Shown here in pieces: positions 37,601 to 49,600 of a DNA stretch of 64,000 nt. The notes beneath the pieces are model-generated. The model had not been told where the DNA came from. It saw nothing but the letters and a program-made list of their open reading frames with translations, and searched no databases. Location of the stretch: NCBI GenBank assembly GCA_036172245.1, contig JAYWIR010000005.1, forward strand, positions 2,852,001 to 2,916,000, in the 5' to 3' direction. Positions within the stretch are counted from its first letter, which is position 1. Each line of letters starts with the position of its first letter. This DNA is from Raillietiella orientalis (taxonomy: Eukaryota). A program made the position numbers and the translations under genes.

Positions 37601-40600
37601 CTCTGCTGGCGTGTCCTCGGCGTCTTCGGACGTGAGAGTGTCCAGCTCGGGAGCCGTGCCGCCGTCGTCGCTAAGGCTCGCTTGAAAGAAAGATGATGCC
37701 ACGTGAGCAACAAAAGAGCACCCCCGCATTTTCCTCGAGCGCACTCTGGTGCGCCGACGGTGCGCAGAAACGGGCGCCAACAGTGAGAGAGCATTCGCAG
37801 GGGTATCGAGTTGGCGAAGAGGGAGTTCTGGTCGTTCGCAAAAAGGGAGGAAAGGGAAAACAACAACAACCGCGCTCGCACGCTGAGGCAGCGCGGGATC
37901 GCCGCCAGGGGGACGTTCGATTTTCGGTCGTGGGGGACAACCAAACAAAACGAAAGCAGCTCTGATTTCAACTTTTCTTTTTTCTTTCTGTTGCGAATCG
38001 GGGAAAATAAAAAAACAAACAAAAATCAAATGACTTGCAGATGGCACGAGCACTCTGCCGTCCCGTGGGCGTTCGTCGCGACGCAAGTGTACGTCCCAGC
38101 GTCCCCGTCCCTGCAGTTCCGGATGATCAGCCTGCTGCGTCCCTCGCTGATGGATTCGATGCTGCACGCCGTCGAGGAAGAAAGCTTCCCGTCGCCGCGG
38201 AACCAGCTGATCTCGGGGGGAGGGGAGCCCGCGACCCGGACCTCCAACCTAACAGAACGAAAGGACTTTTGTGAATGGCTTGGTGGCGCTCCCGCTTCGA
38301 CCTCGCAGGAGCGTTTCTCTTCGCCTTCAGCTCCTCAGACGTCCTCAGGATGAACTGGGGAGGGTTCCCCCGTCGGTCGAGTGTCTCATCCTAATATCAA
38401 GGGGAAGAGGAAACGAAAGGGCCAGAAGGGGAAAGAAGGGTTAAAAAAAACAAAAACAAATCAGTGGTGTGCGCGGAGGCAGGTAGCCAACCTGACTCCC
38501 GGCTCCGGTTTCCACATCTGAATCCTCTGGGCCCGAAGCCAGTTGGAGTTCCTTTCCGCACATGGATGAAGAAGGAGATCCGGCTACCGAACGCTCGCTG
38601 CACGTCGACGAAAGGTCCGTGTCGGACTCTGAACTCCTGTCCGAGGTGTACTCGTAGACTGGAAGAAAGGTCGAGGTAAGGTGGGGGCGGTGGTTTCAGG
38701 GGAAATCCGCGGCTCTGGAAGCCGAATCAGAACTGACCTTGGACGGACAGCCTCGCGGACGTCGTCGACTCTCCATACGGGTTTCGGACCTTACAGGAGT
38801 ACACACCAGCGTCCTCAGGGTACGCTTCCGCGATGTACAGCTCGCAGGTCCCGTCTTGCATCAGAGTTATTTCAGTGTCCTTTTGGTCGCTTATGTTCTC
38901 CCCGTTGCAGAGCCACTGGATCTTCTCGGTGTCCTCCGACAGGATCTTGCACTTCAGCTTGATTTCGTCCCCGTCCATGACCACCTGATCCCTCAGGGGC
39001 ACCAGGAATACGGGTTTCTTGCAGGCGTCCAGCGACTTCCTCTTGGAAATCTGGTAGCTTCCGGAGATCTCGACTTCCGTCACGTCTTGCAGTATCCTAC
39101 TGCTGAACGACTCTTCCCACCTGCTGCAGAAGGTGTTGGCGTTCTTAGTGTCCTGCAACAAACCCACCAGTCTTCGAGGAAGGGGGGTTCAGCGACTTTA
39201 CCACTTCTTCCCGCTTCCTCAACGCGGCAGCGGAGTTCCTGGAAGACTGCGACTCGGTGGCAGTGTCAATTTCCCAATGCCCTGGTGCATGGGATCGCTT
39301 AGATGGGGGAGTTTTGAGAGTGACAGTGTCCCCAGAATCTGAAAAATTGCGGTCTTTGGTGCTGCTCCCTATCAGCTGCCGGGTAACGTCACGCGAGCGA
39401 AAGTCGACGGTTGCTATAATTAGATCGCGGGAGGCAACACGGGACGCGGAACGGAAGATCATTTTTTCTGGCTGCCAGAGCTCTCGGTAACTTTCCGATT
39501 TGATTCGCATGGAAGCGGCGGTTGGTGCGCTTCAGTCACTTCACTTCACCCCATTCCCCGAAGGGGAGGTGTTTTCCCTCTACCGAATCCCTGCAGCAGT
39601 GACATGGAGCTCCTGGAGGAGGGCGACCGGAAGAGCACATGGGGGCTTCCAGCCGTCTGAGCAGCGTACATTCGACAGCACAAGAGTTTTCACGTCAAGC
39701 GGGGCAGCGCAGGAACCCGCAACCCGTAGAACGACCGCCGCCTTGAGGACGCGACAGAAAGGTCTGGTGCGATCCTTGAGCGGAGCTGCAGGAGCAAATG
39801 CACGCACAGGATTTGGGGTAAACCGGAAACCAAGGTTCACCAGCTGGAGTCTAGTGCCGCGGGCAATGAGGTGTGAAGCCTTCGAGCAGCTCAACGAACG
39901 TTTTCCGCGGTTGAGGGCGGTAAGCACCTCGTAGTGATATCGTGAATGCTATAGGAGCAACCTCTCTTCCAGGAAATCTTTGCGTCGGTCTTAAAAGTCG
40001 TATTGCAGTTACCCTCTTTTTTTCTTTTTTCTGTTGAAGGACTTCTGAGAGATTTCTTAGGCGAACGAAGAAGTAATTTTCTTTCCCCAAAGCCGACTTG
40101 AAGATTTTCGCAGGAATAGCTGCACGCTACGCTGTGGAGCTTAAATCATTACATCCGATTTTTTGCACGTCTTACAAGTTTCTGCAACACTCATCTATTC
40201 TCTCTTTATCCAACTTGCCGCAGAAGCTGCACATTTGCTTTCCCTTCTCGTTTCTAACGGTGAATTTTTCATTTTTTTCTTGAACACGCCAGTTGCCGCC
40301 GGAGCTCCCATCCTCAACGTTGTTCAAGATGAGATTCTCCTTATCGACAGCTCTAATCTAGTCCACTTCTTAGCACAAAAGGAACCAGAAGAGATGCGAA
40401 AGAAGTTGCCGAAACAAGCACACAGTCATCTTCATTCATTAGCAAAGCACTCCTGAATATTTCCTGGAAAAGCGCTTTCACGAGAATGCTCCCCAGCGGG
40501 ATCGGGGATTTCCACGATGAAGCCATCAATTTCAGGTTGTGCAGGTCGTAGGATGCTTCAGATGTGCATGAACACGTCAAGGAGGCGTAATAAACACGCA

Positions 40601-43600
40601 ACAACAGTACCAAGGCTGTCGGAAATAGGTTTCCGAGACCCATCGATCTCCAAATAACTTCCAACCTCCACCGTTCTCGGATCTTTTTTCATCTTTGGCT
40701 CATTTCGTCCCAACGTTTCGTTTCAATATCCATCATCGAGTCCTTAACGAAACCACAGGATCGACGAAAAGCGGTTACTGGGAGGAACGCGCCGTGCGGT
40801 CGAAGCAACAAAAGCTTGGAGAGCGGAGACAGAGCTAACGGCCATCGTCCTGTATCTCCTAGTGAGGTCAAGCTGGAAACCACTGCTGATCAATTTTCCT
40901 TTGCCAACGCAAAGTCGAAGGCAGTGTCGTCTCGAGCGCGCGGTGCTTTCGACGCACGCAAAACGTTCATCTTCTCCCTTCTGAAAAGGGAAGTTAACGA
41001 GACGCTGGAAACGAAAAGCTGGTGAGCACAGAGATGTCCCTACTCGAGTTCCGTCACGCCTTAACACACTGGGATTTTGCAGCTGGCGCCGTTCTGCTCA
41101 GTAAAAGGTGGTCAAAAATCTGGGTTCACCTGACGGTTACGAAGCAGCTTCAGGACCACTGCGATCGCTGTAAAATTTCTCCATCGAGTAGGGACAGGGA
41201 AAGAGCATCTGAAAAAGACTCGGATTCTTCCAGAGATAAGATAAGTCCCTAGCAAGATGGGAATGGCCAAGGAAAATCCAGCAAGCACAAATGACACGGA
41301 GCCTCCAGAAATGTCATTGCGCCACATTCGGATGACTCTGCGAAAAAGAGCAAATTTTCAAGACGGACCACGAAACGAACTGTTTGGCAGCAGATCTCTT
41401 CCCAAATCTTCCCCTGACAAGATCACATTCTGTCCGAGCAGCCAGCTAGCCTACTGAATGAGAGCGCCCAAAACCACGACCTGCGGGGGAACGTCACCTT
41501 CTCACGTGTCGACTCGCTTCCTCGTCGCTGCAAGAGCTTGTGACCTTATCCGGCCTCTTGACGAGTCTTTCGCATTCGACCTCGCGAGGGGGAAGCTCAG
41601 AAAATCATGCGCTTCCACTTGACTTCGTGTGCGCTCAACCCTTCGCCTCTTGCGTGATTTGACTGGAGTGACGACGGGACCTCTCGGAACGAGACCCCTC
41701 TTGGAAGCTCCTCCAAGGAGTTGGCCGGCGCATTGGGCAGGTGTTCCGATTCTCGCTTCTGAGAATCTCGCAGTCAGGAAGCTCCTAAGATCTCAAGTCT
41801 TTCACGATGGACGGTTTTGTTGCGCCACGCCAACAAACCATGCAGCGCCCTCCAAGATGACAGTTCTGCGAAGGGCTCGGAGAGAATGTAGTTCGCGGCA
41901 AGAGGGTCTCCCATGTGCATGTGCTCTTGGCACCATTTAATTTGCCATGGTTTCCTGAACGATACGGAGCATCCTTCGAAAGGACCGAGACGGAACAAAA
42001 GTGCCTCCCGTGCTGCAATCTTGGCACGATGGAGAGAAGGATGCCGCGCTTTCCCTGTTCACGAAGTCACACCTGCGTTCAATCAGCCGCTGAATCATCA
42101 TCGCCTACGATCACGTAACCGGTTGGCGCCGAACTACTGCTCCGTTGCAAAACAGGAACACGCCGGAGGTCTCCGGAGTTGGACGAACGCCTTCCTCTGC
42201 TGCCATCTATCATCTATTTGCGGCTGCTATCTGGTGTCTGTTCGATTCCGAGAGGGTGAGCAGCGATCGGTCGTCGCCAAGGCACCTCCGCCTGGATTCG
42301 CTGCTCGATTTTCAGTCGTCCACCTGCGGCGCGCACCGGGGGGGTGGTCCCCTCCGCTCCGGCGTAGGTGGAGTTTGCTCCCCGGCTGCTCGAGCGCCTT
42401 TGGGCACTCGCGTGTCCCCTCCCCTCCCCATCTCGCTCACGTTCCCCGCTCATCTCGCTCCTCCTCTCGCGTGGAAGCGAGTGGTGCATGGCCGAATCCC
42501 GCGCGCGCGCCAAGAGTCGCGCTTGAGACCTCATGGTCGCCGCCCAGAGCGAGTCGGAAGTCACTCGGCGCGAAAACGTTTCGAAAACGGGAAGAATCGC
42601 GTACCCTCCCCCCCCCCCCTTCCCCTAGTCTTCTTCGACTTGGCAGCTCTCGGAGGCCCACCCAGCGACGGCACACCACAGGCAGCGAAGAGAGGCCGCC
42701 CGCACTGAGGACGGGAAAAGCGCGTGGGAGCTCCGGGGAGATGAAATCGGCGGGGAGGAGTGTGTCCACGGCAACGACCTGCCTCCATTCCGACACAGGG
42801 TGAGAACCGCGGCGAGAACAGCTTCCGCGGACCGTGACGAACGCGCCAACATGATACGGGGACGGATGCTCCTGAAGAGCATTCCAAGAGGTGTGACGCG
42901 TTCCCTTCCGAGGGAGGTCTCCTTGCGGTCGCGTGGAGCACGAGGGATCCCTCCGTGGCCCACCCTCTCCCCTTGTCTCCCGGGAGTTCCTGGATCCTGT
43001 GAACATGCGGATGTCATCCGAGTAGGTCTCGGAACCGAATCTTCCCGACCCTCTCCGGCAGTGCCGCCACCTCATCCGTGGAGATTCGCTCGGTGCTCCG
43101 GGGCGTGCCGCTCATCTCCAGGCAAGGATCGGTCGCACCCTCAACGGGGGACAGGCGGCGGCGGCGAAGAGGATGAACAGGAAGAGGAAGAGGCGGGAGT
43201 TTCCGGGAAGGGGGGTTCGTTGATCGCGGCCCTCCGCTCCTACACGGCGAGGGGAGCCTAGCGTTCCCCGAGGGCATAGCCTCCTGCGGAAGTAGGGAAG
43301 GAAGCGAAACGGCGAAAGCAGGGAGCGGCTTCGCTGGTCCTCTCCTGCGCGCGTTCCTTCCGGCTCCGAGGTCGTGCGCGAGTCTCCTCTTCCTCCCAGC
43401 GTCGGAGGGCGTTCCCGAAGAATCTCCCGGGGAAGATAGGAGGATCTTTACGAAGGGTCGGCGAAGATGGAGAAGAGAAAAGGAAGGGGGACAGCTTCCC
43501 AAGGCGATTTTCGGGGTGCTCGCTCGGATGCTGCGCGAGGGGACGGAGTGCTGCTCTCCCGCAGCAAACCACCCCGCGTGAGAGCCGGCCAAGCGCCCTT

Positions 43601-46600
43601 CAGAACCTCTTCCTCCTCCCCCCCCCTTTTCCACTCTCCGACCTCCGCGGACGTCCGGGCGCCCATATCCTTCACGGAGAGGAGCGCGCCGGACGCTGCG
43701 AGGGAGCAGATGGGTGGACCGATCCGAGAGTGGAAGAGACGAAATCCATAGCCGAGGGAGGGGTGGTGCGCGGCATGCAGTGGGGGAAAGCAGGGCAGCT
43801 TACATTCGAGGACGTTCCCGTGGTCCATGAGGCTGTTTTCTCCGTCCCCCGGTGCAGGTGGGCCCTCACCTTCCTCTGCCGCCGATCCTCTCTGGACCGC
43901 GCAGCCCGCCGCTGCAGCTTTCCCTTCCTTCATCTTTGGCGCCAGTTCAAATTGGTTGTTGGCTAACCCGGATGGCTCGATAAACGGGATGCTGGCGCGT
44001 GCGGATGCTGGTCCGCTGCCAGCTTCTTCTACTTCTCCTTCGGGCGGGAAGAATTCAAGATGGCTTCGACTCTTTTCCTCCTCCTCCTCCTCCTCGCGGG
44101 CCGGCCATCCCGACGCCTCGCTCGGCTGCTGACTCCGCTGCCGTGGGATCCCTTCGCAGTTCATCCCGCCGGCATCGCTCCCGCGCGGAGCTCCGTCTCG
44201 AACTGCGGTCTCCCCTGCCGTTGCCTCAGAGGGGCGGGGAGGGGCGACCAGGCGGCAGAGCTGAGCGATCTCGAGCGTTCTCTGCGGCGGCGGATGATGC
44301 TCCCTGGGATCCCTGGCATCCCGCGCTCCCTCAGTCCCTTCTGGCACGCCCTCCTCTTTCGCTCTCCAAGCGCGGCGCGACGGTGGCTCAGTTTCCTCGT
44401 TCTCCTCGTCCTCATCCTCATTTTCTTCATCCTCCTCGTCCGTGAAGGGAACGACGTCCCCCTGCGTCTCCCCCAAGCTGCTGCTGCTGCCGCTCCCGGA
44501 TGTGGCGGAGGCGGCTCCGCTGCCCTGCGGGTTCTGCGGGGGCCGCCGACCGAGCACTGCGTTCGCTCGCTTGACCTCGTCCTCCTCCGCCGTGGCGTTC
44601 TTCCCTGAGGAGAGAGAATGCCTTGCAGTGGTGGTCAGCGTTCGGGGAGGGGAGGGAGTGAAAGAGCCGATCGGGGTGTGAGGAGCGAATGACGACTCCC
44701 AGTCAAACCCGACGAGAGCAGGGGCCGAGCTCCCGAGATGGGACTCGGATAGCCCCCGGCCGTGATGGGATAGTAGACTCGCCCGGAAGAGGGTGCGGCC
44801 GGACTCGCGCCGCGCTTCCTCCGCTCCCTGTGGCTTGGGGGAGTGGCGCGCGCGCGCGACCCCATTTTGCTCTCTCAAGGGGACAGGCGAGAGACAGCTG
44901 CGGGAGCGGGAAGAGTAGGGGAAGGCGAAGAGGTCAGCTAGCACGGAAAAGATGACGTCAGCGAGGAGGCACGCTCGCGCGCCGCTCCCCCGTCGGCATC
45001 CGTGCGGCTTATCCCCGGAGGTGCTCCCTCGCTGATGGAGCCGGTTTCCCTCGCCACGTCCCCTCCCCTCCCACCTCTCTATCCTGCGTCTTCAGCGGAG
45101 GGAGGCACATCCGAAACCACACCGAACTGGAGTTTCGGCAAGGCACTTGCTGCTTGCCTGCAGCGGGATCGCCAGCCGGGGAGGTTCCGCGAAAGGTCAC
45201 ACACCAAGCGCGACCGCGCGCGACCGCCGGGTTCCCGGCAGCGAAAGCTTCGCACTCCTGTGGTCGGTTGGTCGTTGCCGCCGTTGGCATCTACGCACTG
45301 CATCTCCTCCGTATCAAAGCTTTGCTGTCCCCAGGGGGGACGAGGGGGTGGTGGGGGGAGGACGTTTGTTGACTTTGTCAATGCTGCACCACACCAAGTT
45401 TTAATGCAACTTGAACTTGAAATGCGCGCAGCTGCCGTTTTCATGCGAGCGGTTCGCCAAATAAACGCCCGCCCTGCCATCTATGAACTGACGTTACAAG
45501 ACAAGTGAGCTCAAGAAAACGAGCGAAAATAAAATAAAAAAAACCTTTTTGGAAAATTCGTTTATTAACTTTATCCCATAAATACAATGTAAATTACGGT
45601 TAATTCTAACCACTCGTTCAGAAATCTGTGCCACAATCTTGGTTCAGCATTGGCAGGTCAAAGGGTTATTTATGCAAACTTCTTAATTAATTGGGACACA
45701 CAAGACAATTAACTAGCGGGTTAGGATTTTCTCTGTCCAAGCAAAAACACAATGAATGAATTAATGGGGCCGTCGCAACAACCGCCGCTGACTCTTGCTC
45801 CCGAATCAAAGGCCCAATCACCTATCGCTTACTTTTCACTTGTAGATAAGCCGATACTTCTGCTTGGCCCGCTGAGTTTATGGCACGGCAGATGAATTTA
45901 CCAGAATCTTCTGGATACGACTCCTTTATCAGCAGGGAGGCCCTCGTTCCTTCGACGGACATCTGAAGACATCAAGACGGCAGTCAGTGAGCATGCGCCA
46001 ACAAGAGGGGCACCGGCCCCCCCGCGTGTCGCTTCGGGGCGACGACAACAGCGGCAGCAATTTCAGAACACGCGCCTTCGTCGGCAGAAAGTGAAAGAAC
46101 AGAGTTAGGATTTCTGTCCTTTCACCCACTCTGCTTCCTTCCTGTTCCGGGCCGGCCGAATGAGATCGCTGCTTCGGTGCGACTGGGAGGCCGAGCGCAG
46201 CTTCGAGAAACTGCGGTCCAAATCACGAACATCTTTTTTTAACGTTCATTCGGCACGGTGACGTGACTGATGGTAGGCAGAGTACACCAAGCGTCTTCGT
46301 GTGCGCCCGCGCGCGTGTTTTGATGCAGTTTGCTGCTGTGACTTTCGTTTGCTGCCGCTTCTTTTGATTGCGCTGGTCGTCTACGAGGATGCTGTCGGCT
46401 CGGAGCTCTGGCCTTGCCCCGCGGTTGTCGCGGGGCAAGGCCACTCCAGCGTGCTGCAGCAGCACCACAGCCCGTCCGCCTGAGCGGAATCATGAGAGAG
46501 GACTGGAGTTTTCTCGGAGCTCGGACCGCGTTCGCTTCTCGCAAGAGTACCTCCCAGACCCAGATTTCGATTGGCTGACCTGGACGGATCCCGTCAGCAG

Positions 46601-49600
46601 GCAGTAGTCTCGAGAATCCCGTTTCCGCAGCCACTCTTGAGCGAGTAGGTCACAGAGTAGCTGCGGATGCACGTAGCCAGACGTGCGGGCATGCGCAAGA
46701 AAACGAAGCCTTATGGACCTCACCAAGCACCCTTGCACGTGGATGATGGCGCTTTTACTCAGCGGTCTGCTTCCGAGAGGTTTGCGGGAGGTGCCGACCT
46801 GGCTTTTCCGTGAAGAAGTCGAAAAAACAAGATCGAATTCGCAGGAAAGCGAGTGGTGATGGAAGTCGCGACGGTCTTCCGCAAAATTTCCAACGGGCTG
46901 GTCGTCTCTAAATCGGAAGGTGATGACGTGTTTTCATCTCGAAATTCATTCACTTCTTTGATCAGGGATTTTCCTTTCCGGGAGCTCTTTCGAGTCGTGC
47001 AGAAAGAAAAGCAGGGCTTTTTCCCCCTTTTTTCCTTTTTGCTTTATCGTTGATGTTTTTAGCGCCTCAATAGAAAGATAGAGAAGCCATATCTCTAAGA
47101 ATGTGCTGGAAGTGTGTGAAGGGATTTATAGGGGCATTACGCCGGTGGGGCTCACTCAACATTCGTTCCTCAGTCCATGCTCGAACTCTTTGTTTTAGAA
47201 AGACTCCATCTATCCGTCTATCAAGAAACCGTACCTCGAATTCTTCGGTCTGAGGGATGGGGCATTCCTCCCGAAACCAGTGAATTTCTGGTTTGGGGTT
47301 TCCTCGGAAAGTCGTGGTGAACTTTGCCGGATTCCCTTCCTGGACGGTCACGTTGTGCATTGCGGTGAATAACGGAGCAACCTCTGACTGAACTGGAGCT
47401 GCGGTTAAAATTAGAAACGCCGGGTTCATGAGCGGTGGATCAACTCACTTTCCACTTTAAGTTTGGCGCTGCTCGCTGCATGCTCCGTCCCGTTCCTCAC
47501 CTCGACCGTGTATACCCCCTCATCCTCGGGGAAGGACTCCGATATGAACAAGGAGCAGAACTCGCCCTGTTGGGTCATGCGAAAATACTTCGAAGGCTTT
47601 ATGACTTGGCTGTCCTTTTTCCAGATGATCGAGGGATCTAAGACGACGGAATCAGAGCCGGTCGCGCGGACAATCGGTACTCACTGGGACCTCCTTTGAC
47701 TCGGCATCTGAAGACAGCGGACTGTCCTTCCACAACGGAGACATCCTTCAACGGCACGAGTATGGCGGCGAGCTGCGCTGACTTGTCCTGAGGGAGCTTC
47801 GCAGCGATGGGTTCGCTGTGAGCATCTGTCTTCACATTTATCTCCGCTTCGCACCGGGCCTCCCCTATCTGAGAAGAAAAATAGGCAAAGTAATCTAAAA
47901 ATAGGTTTCTTGGGCTCTACGAAGTTTACGAGGCAGCGTCTTGCGGGCTGCTGAGCTCGAAAGCGGAAGAATCGAAACGCGGAGTCTCACCCGATTTATG
48001 GCGACGCACTCGTACTTTCCAGAATCTTCGGGAAGCGTTTCCAGAACTATCAGCGTGTACAGATTTCCTTCCTGCAGAACTTTGTGTCTTATCCCCGGCG
48101 CTATTTTGCTCCCATCCTGAATGAAAGAGTTCGATCCGGGAGGGAGGAGCACGGCGGTGCTGCTCGAACCTTCAGCCAGTAGACATCCAGAGGCTGTGTT
48201 CCCGTGATTCTGCCATCCAGCCTCACCAACTGCCCCGCGGTCACCGAGGCGTCGTTCACCGTAGCGATGAAGTTGGGAGGCATGCAAGACGCCCTCTTGT
48301 TGGGCCTCTGCTCTACGACCAGGTTGGCGCTGCATTTGGCCTTCCCCCCGCGGTTCTCCGCCACCACAGAGAAGACAGCCGAATCCTCCAGGAAAACCTC
48401 CCTGATGATCAAGGTCGACCTGTTCCTTGTCAGGACAATCTGGAACGATTTCGGGAGCATCAGAGAGAAGGGTTGTGAGAGTTGCGGGTGCTTCGGTCAC
48501 CGAGTCAATTTTGGCTGCGTATACCAACCTTGAACTCTTTCGAAGACCTGATCGGAAAGTCTTCTCGGAACCACTTGACCTCCGGAGTCGGATCGCCGCT
48601 AAACTCCACTTCGAATCGCGCGGACTGCCCTTCGTAAACCCTTACGGGGTTCATCTTCTTGGTGAAGATAGGAGGGACGGACGGCAGCTGAGGAGGAAAA
48701 AAGGCTGCAGTGAAAGCATCACACAAGGGAGCTTTAATGGGAGGAGGGAGGAGATCAGATCAGATGGAGCGGGAACTCCTGAGGCCAGTGACCTACTGTT
48801 GGCGTGGAAACGACTCTTTCCTGGGTCCGGGCGACGTGCTCCACCTCAGTCGTGTGCTTCTCCGTGATCTTCCTCAGGATCTCGATGTCTCCCTGGACCT
48901 GTGTTCGGAGGAAAAGGAAGCGGAACATGAGAGCGGGAGCGAGGAACAAGAGCACCCACTTCCTTCTGAGTCTGCTTGCTGACCGCCGTGTGGATCTCCT
49001 TCCCATGCACCTCGCTTTCGTGAGGCTGGGAGGGGCTCCTGCCGGCTTCGGAGGCGGTCTCCGAAGCCATGGAGCTGTCCTTCCTCGATAACTCTTCGAC
49101 CTCCACTCTCGAGCTCAAGTCCTGCTTCGTCTCCTCCAGGGTCCTCTGCAAGAGCTGATCCCTCTGCTCGATGACCCTGCGCTTTTCGAGCTCGGACTGC
49201 TTGTTCTTGTCAGCGGCCTCCTGGGACTCTGTCTGCACTTTCGCAGCGACCTCCGCCTCCAGGCGGCGCGACCTCGTGACGCTCTTCTGAACCTTGTACC
49301 TTTCCGCGGACTCGCTGCTGCAGGAAACCGCGAGATCAGTTCCGTCCCCTCCTCCTGCCCTCTCGCTCACCGAACAGAGGAAGCCACCTCGGCTGTAGCT
49401 TGCTTCTTGAGATCAGCCGCCTCCCTGCAACGGGATGATCACTTGGTCAGATCGAGCGGGCGCGCCTCCTTCCGGTAGGCGAGTTAAACTCACCCTGGAG
49501 CAGTCACGCTCTCCTTCGTGGTGGTGTCCGAGGTCTCTCCCGATCTCTGCGAGGAGATGCAAGACTTTATCTTCGCTTCCCCGAGTACACGCTTGTCTTC

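Noticed and set aside
39500..43700. Overlapping ORFs on both strands as a nested gene or transposon
   Set aside because: They are Arg/Pro/Ser-rich translations typical of GC-rich non-coding DNA. I saw no transposase, RT or integrase motifs, no terminal repeats and no consistent exon chain.
46301..46607. Signal-peptide-like stretch (LLPLLLIALVV) suggesting a nested secreted peptide gene
   Set aside because: There is no in-frame ATG for the hydrophobic segment, the downstream text is in another frame, and I found no convincing splice or dibasic cleavage pattern.
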